Assembly (NCBI GenBank): GCA_013306035.1
Contig: JABUBF010000011.1
Coordinates: 1 to 11,779, forward strand
Source of the DNA: Nitrososphaerota archaeon
GTDB lineage: Archaea > Thermoproteota > Nitrososphaeria > Nitrososphaerales > UBA57
Direction: 5' to 3'
Length of the DNA stretch: 11,779 nucleotides
A model generated the notes under the pieces. That model had not been told where the DNA came from, did not search any database, and saw only the letters and a program-made list of their open reading frames with translations. A program made the translations under genes and the position numbers. Below, piece after piece: positions 1-8,289 of the stretch; position 1 is the stretch's first letter; each line of letters opens with the position of its first letter.

Positions 1-1202
1 AACTTCATTAGTAGATCTCCATCAAAACTTGTTAATTCTAATGTTATTGCCGCATCATTGTGATTATATTTCGCAAGATGATAATATGTCTGCTCTCCGA
101 TCTCTCCTTCATACTCAATCTTAGTTTTCCCAATTATTGCAGAACTTACTGCATTCAAACTATGTTCTGAGTATTTATTTCCAAATGCATAGATCTGTAT
201 TGATCTGTTTAGAAATGTTCTATATAGATCTAAATGTATTCCTTGTTTTAAATTTGCCTCAATTGTTCTATTAAAATTCTTTCCACGTGAAACTCTTCCT
301 AACCCGGGGATTTGAATAGGTATGTTGTCTTTTTTGATTCCTGATTTTATTGCTCTGTTATAGATATATTTTAAATCAAAATCGTCTCCATTGTATGTAA
401 TAATACATGGATATCCCTCAATAACTCTGAATACACTTTCGATTAGTGATTTCTCATCATCTACAAAAACAACTTCTATGTTTTTCTCTAATTCATTAAT
501 TCCAGTCTCTATTCCTTCTCTTCGAAGAATACATACTTGATTGAACCCATCACTAGCTGCAAATCCTACTGATATAATCGGATATCTTGCTTCATCTGCA
601 TCTGGAAATCTGTCTGCTTTGTCAGAATGCACTTCAATATCTAATGCCACTCTCTTTATTTTTGGTAGTGGCTGACTAAGAAGTTCGGCCCATTCGTTAA
701 TCTTATTTTTTATATCAATATCTGCATTTTCTATTCCTTTTTGCAACATCTCATTCGTTTCTTTTGGCGTTGTAAATTTAGTCGGAATAATTTGATTATT
801 TCTGATTTTATAGTATATTCCAGGAATTAGTGATTTATCGTACATGTACGTGTCATAATATTTTATATCTGCTTCCCAAGCAGGTACTCTATCTCGTATG
901 CTTATGATCTGCAATGGATCGTCCGCAATGATCTTTAGCATATTTTCCTCTTTATCATTTAATAAGTCAATTTTTGTCGTTTCTTCAACGGCTAGAATCT
1001 TATTTTCATTTTTGATTGATTCTAGTAGTTTTTCATCAATACCTTTTTTAATTAAACAATATGGCTTGTGTTCTGTGTTGTCATACCATAACTTTATGGT
1101 ATCTGTTTTTTCATCGTAAAATTTTAGAAATGCCTTTTTTTGTATACCATCGTAAGAAGCTGATAATAGAACCATGCTATCCTTATCGATTTGTTCAGTC
1201 AT
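1..1202 (-). CDS. polB: Family B DNA polymerase, N-terminal and 3'-5' exonuclease region (partial; 3' end lies beyond the window start)
   Basis: Hand translation of the minus strand from ATG (complement of 1200-1202) is open to position 1: MTEQIDKDSMVLLSASYDGIQKKAFLKFYDEKTDTIKLWYDNTEHKPYCLIKK... It contains Exo I (KRVALDIEVHSD, D-I-E at about 633-641) and Exo II (ITYNGDDFDLKYIY, about 360-420), both checked in frame with the ATG. It is missing from the ORF track because there is no stop inside the window. Confidence 0.85.
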   Translation of the reverse strand, partial: MTEQIDKDSMVLLSASYDGIQKKAFLKFYDEKTDTIKLWYDNTEHKPYCLIKKGIDEKLLESIKNENKILAVEETTKIDLLNDKEENMLKIIADDPLQIISIRDRVPAWEADIKYYDTYMYDKSLIPGIYYKIRNNQIIPTKFTTPKETNEMLQKGIENADIDIKNKINEWAELLSQPLPKIKRVALDIEVHSDKADRFPDADEARYPIISVGFAASDGFNQVCILRREGIETGINELEKNIEVVFVDDEKSLIESVFRVIEGYPCIITYNGDDFDLKYIYNRAIKSGIKKDNIPIQIPGLGRVSRGKNFNRTIEANLKQGIHLDLYRTFLNRSIQIYAFGNKYSEHSLNAVSSAIIGKTKIEYEGEIGEQTYYHLAKYNHNDAAITLELTSFDGDLLMK

Positions 1203-1253
1203 CTGTACTTTTATATATCAAAGCAAACATAAAACAATATCAGTAATTAATGG

Positions 1254-1622
1254 ATGTCTATTGTAATGAATAAATCTATCACCATTTTATTTGCGATAAT
1301 TGGTATTTACTGGATAGTTTCTAGTTTAACTCAGCAAGGTTCTCCGTTATTATTTATTCCAGGAATTCTTTCATTGATTGTTGCATGTTCTCAACTTCCA
1401 ATTACTTCGAAAATAAATCAATATGCGGAAAAATTATTTCTTCCTGTATTGTTATATAATTTGGTCTTAACTTTTTATCAAGTATATTTCTCTTCTTTTG
1501 CTCTATTGAATCGAATTATTGGTATTGAACTTGGTATATTTATCTTAAATCTGATATTTACTTTATCTCTAATCTATTTACTTTTACAAACACTTCGTCG
1601 CGCACGTATAGATATCTCTTAA
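1254..1622 (+). CDS. Hypothetical small integral membrane protein (about 4 hydrophobic segments)
   Basis: 122-aa ORF from the track with strongly hydrophobic stretches (ITILFAIIGIYWIVSSL, LLFIPGILSLIVA, LFLPVLLYNLVLTFYQVYF, IELGIFILNLIFTLSLIYLLL). No family recognised. An alternative start is ATG 1266 (MNKS). Confidence 0.5.
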   Translation: MSIVMNKSITILFAIIGIYWIVSSLTQQGSPLLFIPGILSLIVACSQLPITSKINQYAEKLFLPVLLYNLVLTFYQVYFSSFALLNRIIGIELGIFILNLIFTLSLIYLLLQTLRRARIDIS

Positions 1623-1649
1623 ATATTCTTTTCACCGTGAAACTATTAT

Positions 1650-2678
1650 ATGGATATAGAGAATAAAATTGCTTTAGTCAAAAAACCTCCTACTGAAGAA
1701 TTAATTCAAGAAGACGAACTTAAAACTCTTTTCGAAACTAATCATTCTCCTAAACACTATATTGGAATTGAACTTTCTGGAAAATTACATTTAGGTAGTC
1801 TCCTAATCTCGGGTTTTAAAATTAATGATTTCATTAATGCTGGTATTCAGTCATCTGTTTATCTCGCAGATTGGCATAGTTTCATTAATGATAAATTTGA
1901 AGGTAATTGGGATAAAATTAAACAAGTTACAAATTACTATGAAGAAGCTTTCAAATTCTTCTGTCCTGGTGTTAATATCGTAAAAAGTAATTCTCTATAT
2001 CATAATAATGACGAATATTGGATGAATCTTATCAAATTCTCAAAACATATGACTTTATCTCGCGCTGTTAGGTGTTTGACCATTATGGGAAGAACTGAAA
2101 AAGATCAGTTAAGTTTATCACAATATCTTTATCCTTCGATGCAGGCAGTTGACATCAAAGAACTTGATCTAGATATTGTACATGCTGGAACTGATCAGCG
2201 TAAAATCCATATGCTTGTTCGTGAGGTATTTCCTAAAATGAAATGGAAAGTTCCTGTAGCAGTACATCAGCATCTTATCCCTGGTCTGACAAATACAGGA
2301 GGTGCTACTGATACAACCTTTACGAAAATGAGTAAATCCAATCCAAAAAATTCAATATTCATTCATGATTCTGAAAAAGAGATTACATCTAAAATAAAAA
2401 TTGCGTGGTGTCCTGAAGGAATTTCTGATAATAATCCAATTCTGGAATATTGTAAATATCTGATATTTCGTGATTCTGATTCTTTTACAATTGAACGACC
2501 TAGTAAATTTGGCGGTGATATGCTGTTCTCTACTTATGAAGAATTAGAATCTGAATACAAAAATGGAAAAATCCATCCACTTGATCTAAAATTATCTGTC
2601 GGACGAGAACTTAATGATATTATCTCTCCAATTCGTGTATATTTTTCAAATAAATCCGAATTATTTTCATCTATTTGA
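1650..2678 (+). CDS. tyrS: Tyrosine--tRNA ligase, archaeal type
   Basis: It has class I aaRS motifs: a HIGH-like GKLHLGS and an exact KMSKS (FTKMSKSNP). By recollection it is collinear with Methanocaldococcus jannaschii TyrRS: YIGIELSG vs YIGFEPSG, YPSMQAVD vs YPIMQVND, QRKIHML, and PSKFGGDMLFSTYEELESEYKNGKIHPLDLK vs PEKFGGDLTVNSYEELESLFKNKELHPMDLK. Confidence 0.92.
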   Translation: MDIENKIALVKKPPTEELIQEDELKTLFETNHSPKHYIGIELSGKLHLGSLLISGFKINDFINAGIQSSVYLADWHSFINDKFEGNWDKIKQVTNYYEEAFKFFCPGVNIVKSNSLYHNNDEYWMNLIKFSKHMTLSRAVRCLTIMGRTEKDQLSLSQYLYPSMQAVDIKELDLDIVHAGTDQRKIHMLVREVFPKMKWKVPVAVHQHLIPGLTNTGGATDTTFTKMSKSNPKNSIFIHDSEKEITSKIKIAWCPEGISDNNPILEYCKYLIFRDSDSFTIERPSKFGGDMLFSTYEELESEYKNGKIHPLDLKLSVGRELNDIISPIRVYFSNKSELFSSI

Positions 2679-2726
2679 AGAATTCTATAATAGCAAGTTG
2701 TTATATTTAATATTAGGGATTGTTCA

Positions 2727-3953
2727 ATGATTGCGTTAATAAATTCTATGATGCTCGATTATCCAATATTATCTAACATTCTTCCATTATTCTTACTGGC
2801 CATTACATCGTATATATCATTCAAAATTACTCGTAAATTTCTTATTCATTTAATTATACCTCAAATTAATAAATCAAAAACTAAACTGGATGATATATTA
2901 GTTAAAAATCATTTATTTTTAAGAATATCTTATTTAATTCCAATTCTTATTGTAAATAATTTTGCATATATTATTGTCAATAATACTCCAATAGGAATTT
3001 TTACTGTTAAACTTGTTATTAACATCTTAATTGTATTAGTATTTTCCCGGATAATTGATTCAGTTTTATCATCTATTACAGACGCTTATTCAAAACGATA
3101 TGAACAAATACCATTAAGAAGTTACATACAAATAGTAAAAATTTTTATTTTAATATTATCTGGTTTACTAATTATTTCAATTTTATCTGGCGTACCCCCA
3201 TGGGCATTACTTGGAAGCATTGGTGCAATAAGTGCTGTTTTACTTCTCATTTTTCGAGATACTATTCTTTCATTACTGGCAAATCTACAAATCACATCGA
3301 ACAAACTTCTACAGCTTCATGATTGGGTAGAAGCACCTGCATTTGGAGCAGATGGAAACGTTATTGAAATCGCTTTGCATACAATTAAAGTTCAAAATTG
3401 GGATAAAACAATAACTGTTATTCCTACTCACAAGCTTATTGACTCTTCTTTTAAAAATTGGAAGGGTATGCAACGAAGTGGCGGAAGAAGGATAAAACGC
3501 GCAATAAATATTGATATTACTTCAATAAAATTCTGTGATGAATCAATGTTATCTCAATATGAAAAAATTGATTTATTGTCTAGTTATTTAAAAGAAAAAA
3601 AGAAATCCTTAATTCAATCAAATAAAAATAAAACATATAGTAGAGATTCATCATCTATTCTTAATTCTAGACAATTGACTAATATTGGTACTTTTCGCGC
3701 ATATATTGTATCGTATTTAAAAAATCATGAGAAAATCAGACAAGATATGACCTTTTTAATAAGGCAATTAAATCCATCTGAAAGTGGCCTTCCAATTGAA
3801 ATTTATGTATTTGCTAATGACAATAATTGGGCTAATTACGAAAATATCCAATCTGATATCTTAGATCATCTTGTTGCCGCTACATCTTACTTCGATCTTA
3901 GAATATTTCAAAATCCATCTGGCCATGATTTAAACAAACTTGTTAAAAATTAG
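2727..3953 (+). CDS. Mechanosensitive ion channel, MscS family
   Basis: 408-aa ORF with N-terminal TM helices. These are followed by the MscS-type pore-helix/beta-domain signature (GAISAVLLLIFRDTILSLLANLQITSNKLLQLHDWVE..DGNVIEIALHTIKVQNWDKTITVIPTHKLIDSSFKNW) and a C-terminal alpha/beta domain (PIEIYVFAN). Confidence 0.8.
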   Translation: MIALINSMMLDYPILSNILPLFLLAITSYISFKITRKFLIHLIIPQINKSKTKLDDILVKNHLFLRISYLIPILIVNNFAYIIVNNTPIGIFTVKLVINILIVLVFSRIIDSVLSSITDAYSKRYEQIPLRSYIQIVKIFILILSGLLIISILSGVPPWALLGSIGAISAVLLLIFRDTILSLLANLQITSNKLLQLHDWVEAPAFGADGNVIEIALHTIKVQNWDKTITVIPTHKLIDSSFKNWKGMQRSGGRRIKRAINIDITSIKFCDESMLSQYEKIDLLSSYLKEKKKSLIQSNKNKTYSRDSSSILNSRQLTNIGTFRAYIVSYLKNHEKIRQDMTFLIRQLNPSESGLPIEIYVFANDNNWANYENIQSDILDHLVAATSYFDLRIFQNPSGHDLNKLVKN

Positions 3954-3963
3954 GTAATTTCTA

Positions 3964-5076
3964 ATGAATCGAAAAATTTCAGTAAATGAACCATTATTTG
4001 ATAAAAACGAAATTAATATTGTTCAAGAAATTATTCAAAGTGGCCATTTGAGTAGTTCTAATCTATATGGCGGAAAATATGTAAAAATATTTGAAAAACA
4101 AATTGCTCAATTTCTTGACGTTAAATACGCTGTTGCAATTAATTCTGGAACTTCTGCATTATATGCTTCTCTTCTATCATTGAATATAAAATCTGGAGAT
4201 GAAGTTATTATTCCATCATTTAGTTTTACTGCTACTGCTAGTGCTGTTGTAGCTACAGGTGCAACACCTGTATTTGTTGATATTTCATCATCAAATTATA
4301 ATATTGACATATCACTGATTAAATCAAATATAACTAAAAAAACTAAGGCGATAATTCCCGTTCATTTGTATGGCCATCCTGTTGACGTCGACCTTATCGC
4401 CGAAATTACTTCTCCTGATCACATTGCAATAATTGAGGATGGCGCACAATCTCTTGGCTCATCTATTAACGGAAAGAAATGCGGAACTTTGGGAAATTTA
4501 GGTTGCACTAGTCTATATCCTACTAAAGTTATTACTTCTGGAGAAGGCGGTGTGATTACTACTAACAATGAAATATTGTATGAAGAATTACTTCGAATTC
4601 GAAATCATGGTCTTGACGAGTCAGGTCAAACTACTAGATTTGGACTAAATCTAAGAATGCCTGAGATTGAATCTGCTATTGCATCTATTCAATTGAGTAA
4701 ACTTGACGATTTCATTCGAATTAGGCGAAGAAATTCTGATATACTTTCCGATATTATTGGTAATTTTAATCTTAATCTTCCAGTAGAACTTGAGAATACT
4801 TTTCTTAATCGTTATTTATACACCATTTCTCTTGATAAATCTCGTTCTGAAGTTATGAACTATATGGAAAAACAGGGTATCAATACTGCAGTTTACTATC
4901 GTATGCCTATTCATAAAATGCCTTATTATCATAGTATGAATAATAGTTATAATTTACCCAACACAGATCTGGCTTCTTCTAAAGTTCTTTCTATCCCTAT
5001 TCATTCTGGATTGTCTGAAGATGACGTCCAAAATATAGGAAACAAACTTAACGATGTTCTAAAAACTATATATTGA
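3964..5076 (+). CDS. DegT/DnrJ/EryC1/StrS-family PLP-dependent sugar aminotransferase
   Basis: 370 aa. Family hallmarks are FEKQIAQFLDVKYAVAINSGTSALYASL, IPSFSFTATASAV, IIEDGAQSLGS, and the PLP-lysine context SLYPTKVITSGEGGVITTN. Confidence 0.85.
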   Translation: MNRKISVNEPLFDKNEINIVQEIIQSGHLSSSNLYGGKYVKIFEKQIAQFLDVKYAVAINSGTSALYASLLSLNIKSGDEVIIPSFSFTATASAVVATGATPVFVDISSSNYNIDISLIKSNITKKTKAIIPVHLYGHPVDVDLIAEITSPDHIAIIEDGAQSLGSSINGKKCGTLGNLGCTSLYPTKVITSGEGGVITTNNEILYEELLRIRNHGLDESGQTTRFGLNLRMPEIESAIASIQLSKLDDFIRIRRRNSDILSDIIGNFNLNLPVELENTFLNRYLYTISLDKSRSEVMNYMEKQGINTAVYYRMPIHKMPYYHSMNNSYNLPNTDLASSKVLSIPIHSGLSEDDVQNIGNKLNDVLKTIY

Positions 5077-5081
5077 TTATT

Positions 5082-5813
5082 ATGAATGTTTCAATCATAA
5101 TTCCAACCTATAATGAAAAAGAAAACATTGTAATTCTGACTAATAAATTAACTGAAATATTCAAGAATTCTGGGCATGATTTAAAAATTATTGTTGTCGA
5201 TGATAATAGTCCTGATGGAACATCATCGGTAGTACAAAAACTTGATTTATTCGAACAAACTATATTTCTAATTACACGACAGGAAAAACTTGGATTGGGT
5301 TCCGCTTACCAAGCAGGTTATGATTGGTGCAAAAATAATAATTCTGAATGTATTATTCAGATGGATTCTGATCTATCACATCCTCCTGAAATAACTATGA
5401 ACCTTGTAGATTCTATTGGTGAAGGCTATGATGTGGCTATTGCATCTCGTTATGTCGATAAAGGAGGTGTTAGTTCTTGGCCAATTCATCGTAAAATTAT
5501 TAGTTTTATTGCAAATATGTTGGTCCGTGTATTTCTGGGCTCAAAGTTACATGATAACACTACTGGATACCGCGCATTCAACTCTGATACTATTGAACTC
5601 TTGATAAAATATGATGTAAAGTCTAACGGATTCTCCTATCTTATCGAATCAATATATTTATTCCATAAGAAAAAACTAAAAATCAAGGAAATTCCTTTCA
5701 TATTCCAAGAGCGCAGTATAGGAAAAACTAAACTCTCATCATTTGAAATTCTTCGTTTTCTTTTATCAATATTCCATCTTCTGATTTATGGAATAAAAGA
5801 AAAACCCAATTAG
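5082..5813 (+). CDS. GT2 glycosyltransferase, dolichyl/polyprenol-phosphate mannosyl(glucosyl)transferase (Dpm1-like)
   Basis: MNVSIIIPTYNEKENI, IIVVDDNSPDGT, LGLGSAYQAGY and QMDSDLSHPP are classic Dpm1/Ppm1-type GT2 motifs. The ORF track starts at TTG 5073, which overlaps the upstream stop. ATG 5082 is preferred here because it gives the usual short N-terminus. Confidence 0.85.
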   Translation: MNVSIIIPTYNEKENIVILTNKLTEIFKNSGHDLKIIVVDDNSPDGTSSVVQKLDLFEQTIFLITRQEKLGLGSAYQAGYDWCKNNNSECIIQMDSDLSHPPEITMNLVDSIGEGYDVAIASRYVDKGGVSSWPIHRKIISFIANMLVRVFLGSKLHDNTTGYRAFNSDTIELLIKYDVKSNGFSYLIESIYLFHKKKLKIKEIPFIFQERSIGKTKLSSFEILRFLLSIFHLLIYGIKEKPN

Positions 5814-5848
5814 CAAAAAAGTAAATATACTAGCGTCTACAAATAACA

Positions 5849-6028
5849 TTGAATAAATTGGAATCAGATAGTGAGAGTTTCGGCGGGGTAGTTTATGAAT
5901 GTGTTCGTTGTGCTACGCTTGTTACAAATGAAGATTTAGCAGCTTTACCTGAAATAAAGTGTATATGCGGATATAGAATATTGAAAAAAAGACGTCCATC
6001 CATAGTAAAACAAGTTAAATCAATTTAA
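5849..6028 (+). CDS. rpoP: DNA-directed RNA polymerase subunit P (Rpo12/RpoP), zinc-ribbon protein
   Basis: Hand translation gives (L)NKLESDSESFGGVVYECVRCATLVTNEDLAALPEIKCICGYRILKKRRPSIVKQVKSI*. The Y-x-C-x2-C ... LP-x-I-x-C-x-C-G-x-R-I-L-x-K-x-R pattern matches archaeal RpoP and eukaryotic Rpb12. There is no in-frame ATG or GTG after the upstream TAG at 5831, so the start must be TTG 5849 or TTG 5858. The ORF is below the 60-aa ORF-track threshold. Confidence 0.7.
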   Translation: MNKLESDSESFGGVVYECVRCATLVTNEDLAALPEIKCICGYRILKKRRPSIVKQVKSI

Positions 6029-6050
6029 TTCGTCATTCTACTAATATTTG

Positions 6051-6058
6051 ATAAATTT
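6051..6058 (+). promoter_or_regulatory. TATA-like box (ATAAATTT), -32 to -25 relative to the HMG-CoA synthase ATG; a possible leaderless promoter
   Basis: Position only. TATA-like strings are common in this AT-rich DNA. Confidence 0.25.
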
Positions 6059-6082
6059 TCTGTATCTTTTTAAACTTTAGTT

Positions 6083-7129
6083 ATGATTATTCCAACTATG
6101 AAGAGCTCTACTCCGGTCTATATCTCTGGCTATGGAGGATACGTACCAAAATTACGACTTCCTACATCTGACATTGCCAAATTATGGAAAGGAAGTGGAT
6201 CTGGACCTAATAAAACAAAAAGTGTTGCAAATATTGACGAAGATACAACAACTATGGCAGTAGAATCTGCAAGGAATGCTTTATCGATGTCTGGTTTATG
6301 TGATATTGGCGCAATATTTGTAGGAACTGAATCAAAACCTTATGCTGTTAAACCCACTAGTACTATTGTAGCTCAAGCATTAGGAGTTCATAAGACTCTT
6401 GCAGCTGATTTTGAATTTGCTTGTAAAGCTGGAACTGAAGCAATGCAAGTAATAACTGGTTTGGTAGGCTCTGGCATGATTTCGAGTGGTATTGCACTTG
6501 GTGTTGATACTGCGCAAGGAAGACCTGGAGACAACCTTGAATATACAGCAAGTAGTGCTGCGGCAGCTTTTGTATTAACTAATAATAGTAAACGCAGTGT
6601 TGCTAAAATCGAAGCAAGTACTTCATATGTAACTGATACTAGTGACTTTTGGAGAAGACAAACTGAGTCATTTCCTAGACATCTTTCAAGATTTACTGGA
6701 GAGCCTGCATACTTCCATCATGTTGAATCGTCGGTTAAACAATTATTATCTGAAATTAATCTAAAGCCATCAGATTTTAAATACGCTGTATTTCATCAGC
6801 CTAATCCAAAGTTTCCTATTCAGGTTGCTAAACGTCTTGGTTTCACTACTGAACAAATTCAACCAGGTCTTTTGAATCCTATTATCGGCAATCCATATTC
6901 TGCTAGTTCTCCTTTGGGACTAGTTTCAACTTTTGATGTAGCAAAACCTGGCGACAGAATCTTACTTACTTCATTTGGTTCAGGTGCAGGAAGTGATTCA
7001 TTTTCTCTGTTAGTTGAAGATGGAATATTGGATAAGGGACCTAATTATACCCCATTGACTGATATAATAAATAATAATAAAGAAATTGATTATGCAACTT
7101 ATACTAAACTTAGGGGAATTTTAAAATAA
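6083..7129 (+). CDS. Hydroxymethylglutaryl-CoA synthase (archaeal type)
   Basis: 348 aa. VYISGYGGYVPKLRL N-terminus, catalytic Glu context FVGTESKPYAVKP, Cys context DFEFACKAGTEAM, His context AVFHQPNPKFP, and C-terminal IGNPYSASSPLGL and SFGSGAGSD. The canonical Glu/Cys/His set appears intact. Confidence 0.9.
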   Translation: MIIPTMKSSTPVYISGYGGYVPKLRLPTSDIAKLWKGSGSGPNKTKSVANIDEDTTTMAVESARNALSMSGLCDIGAIFVGTESKPYAVKPTSTIVAQALGVHKTLAADFEFACKAGTEAMQVITGLVGSGMISSGIALGVDTAQGRPGDNLEYTASSAAAAFVLTNNSKRSVAKIEASTSYVTDTSDFWRRQTESFPRHLSRFTGEPAYFHHVESSVKQLLSEINLKPSDFKYAVFHQPNPKFPIQVAKRLGFTTEQIQPGLLNPIIGNPYSASSPLGLVSTFDVAKPGDRILLTSFGSGAGSDSFSLLVEDGILDKGPNYTPLTDIINNNKEIDYATYTKLRGILK

Positions 7130-7149
7130 TCAAATATAGGTGAAATATT

Positions 7150-8289
7150 GTGCAAACTAAGATATCTGGAACCGGACTTACAAAAATTACTGATCATTGG
7201 TCAAAGTCAATAGTAGACTTGGCGATTGATTCTGCAAGACAGGCAATCTCTGAATCAAATACATCGCCAGATATGATTATCTTTGCAAATACTCTGTCAT
7301 CATATTCTTCAAGTCAAGAGAATCTCTCTACGATTATTTCTGAAGAATTAGGCTTGTCAGATATTACTACATTTAAGCTTGAATCATCATCTTGTTCAGG
7401 TGCGATGGCTGTTAATATAGGTCATAAATTATTGAATTCAGATAATCTAGAATCTGTTTTAATAATTGGAGCTGAAAAAATGACTGATCTTTCTCCTGCA
7501 GAAACAATCAAAGCTACTGCTCTAGGTGAAAGTTATGAATATACTCAATTTTTTGGCATAACTATGAATTCACTTTATGCATTATTCTCTAGATTGTATA
7601 TGGAAAAGTATGATGTTACTTCTGAAGAATTATCACAGTTCTCAGTTTTATCTCATAAACATTCAGTCACTTGTAAACATGCACAGTTTAATCGTGAATT
7701 TTCATTAGACTCGATTAATAAATCTGCCACTATATCTTCTCCTTTACGTATGCTTAATTGTTCTCCAATTGGCGACGGCTCTGCATCTTTAGTATTATCA
7801 AAAACCAATAATTCTAATTTCGACGATGTTAATATATTGTCATCTACTTCATCTAATTCTTCAACTAGTTTCTTTTCAAGAGAAGATCTTTTGAAATTTT
7901 ATTCTACAACTAGTTGTTTGAATAAATCACTTGCTGAATCAAAAATTAAATTGGAAGACATTGATTTATTGGAAATTCATGACGTTGTTCCCGCGATTAC
8001 TGCAAATATTTTAGAAACAATGGGATTCTCCAAACCTGGTAATGCATCATCTGATGTTCTATCAGGTAGATATGATTTAAATTCAAAAGTCACTTTATCT
8101 TCTTCCGGTGGATTGAAAGCACGTGGAAATCCCCTTTCTGCTACTGGCATATATCAGATAATTGAAGTTACAAGACAATTACAAAATCGTTCTCATGCAG
8201 ATCTTGAAAATAAAAATATTGGCTTATGTCATAATATGTCTGGCATTGATTCAAATACTGTTGTTCATGTCTTAGGAGTTGCTAATTGA
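7150..8289 (+). CDS. Thiolase-superfamily protein (archaeal acetyl-CoA acetyltransferase-like) with non-canonical active-site motifs
   Basis: GTG start, 379 aa. ISGTGLTKITDHWSKSIVDLAIDSARQAI, nucleophile motif LESSSCSGAMAV (C82), IIGAEKMTD, LNCSPIGDGSASLVL. EIHDVVPAI stands where archaeal/SCP2-type thiolases have HDCF, and GGLKARGNPLSATG stands where they have GHP. See findings. Confidence 0.85.
   Translation: MQTKISGTGLTKITDHWSKSIVDLAIDSARQAISESNTSPDMIIFANTLSSYSSSQENLSTIISEELGLSDITTFKLESSSCSGAMAVNIGHKLLNSDNLESVLIIGAEKMTDLSPAETIKATALGESYEYTQFFGITMNSLYALFSRLYMEKYDVTSEELSQFSVLSHKHSVTCKHAQFNREFSLDSINKSATISSPLRMLNCSPIGDGSASLVLSKTNNSNFDDVNILSSTSSNSSTSFFSREDLLKFYSTTSCLNKSLAESKIKLEDIDLLEIHDVVPAITANILETMGFSKPGNASSDVLSGRYDLNSKVTLSSSGGLKARGNPLSATGIYQIIEVTRQLQNRSHADLENKNIGLCHNMSGIDSNTVVHVLGVAN

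Noticed and set aside
898-1246. Plus-strand ORFs 898-1119 (73 aa) and 1061-1246 (61 aa) from the track
   Set aside because: They lie antisense to the well-supported polB reading frame. The sequences are low-complexity and hydrophobic (S/F/I-rich), typical of AT-rich antisense frames, with no recognisable motifs.
1782-1799. Degenerate HIGH motif (KLHLGS, last His replaced by Ser) in TyrRS as a sign of a pseudo-synthetase
   Set aside because: Archaeal and eukaryal TyrRS show natural variation at this motif. KMSKS, the Tyr/Asp substrate-recognition contexts (YIGIE, MQAVD) and the full-length architecture are intact.
3122-3304. Minus-strand 60-aa ORF inside the MscS gene
   Set aside because: It is antisense to a strongly supported CDS, has no motifs, and sits at the minimum length cutoff.
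5416-5604. Plus-strand 62-aa ORF in an alternative frame of the GT2 gene
   Set aside because: It is entirely embedded in the GT2 CDS, whose own frame carries the family motifs here. There is no evidence for an overlapping gene.
6363-6551. Minus-strand 62-aa ORF inside the HMG-CoA synthase gene
   Set aside because: It is antisense to a conserved CDS, and its Q/L-rich translation is an artefact of the opposite-strand codon bias.
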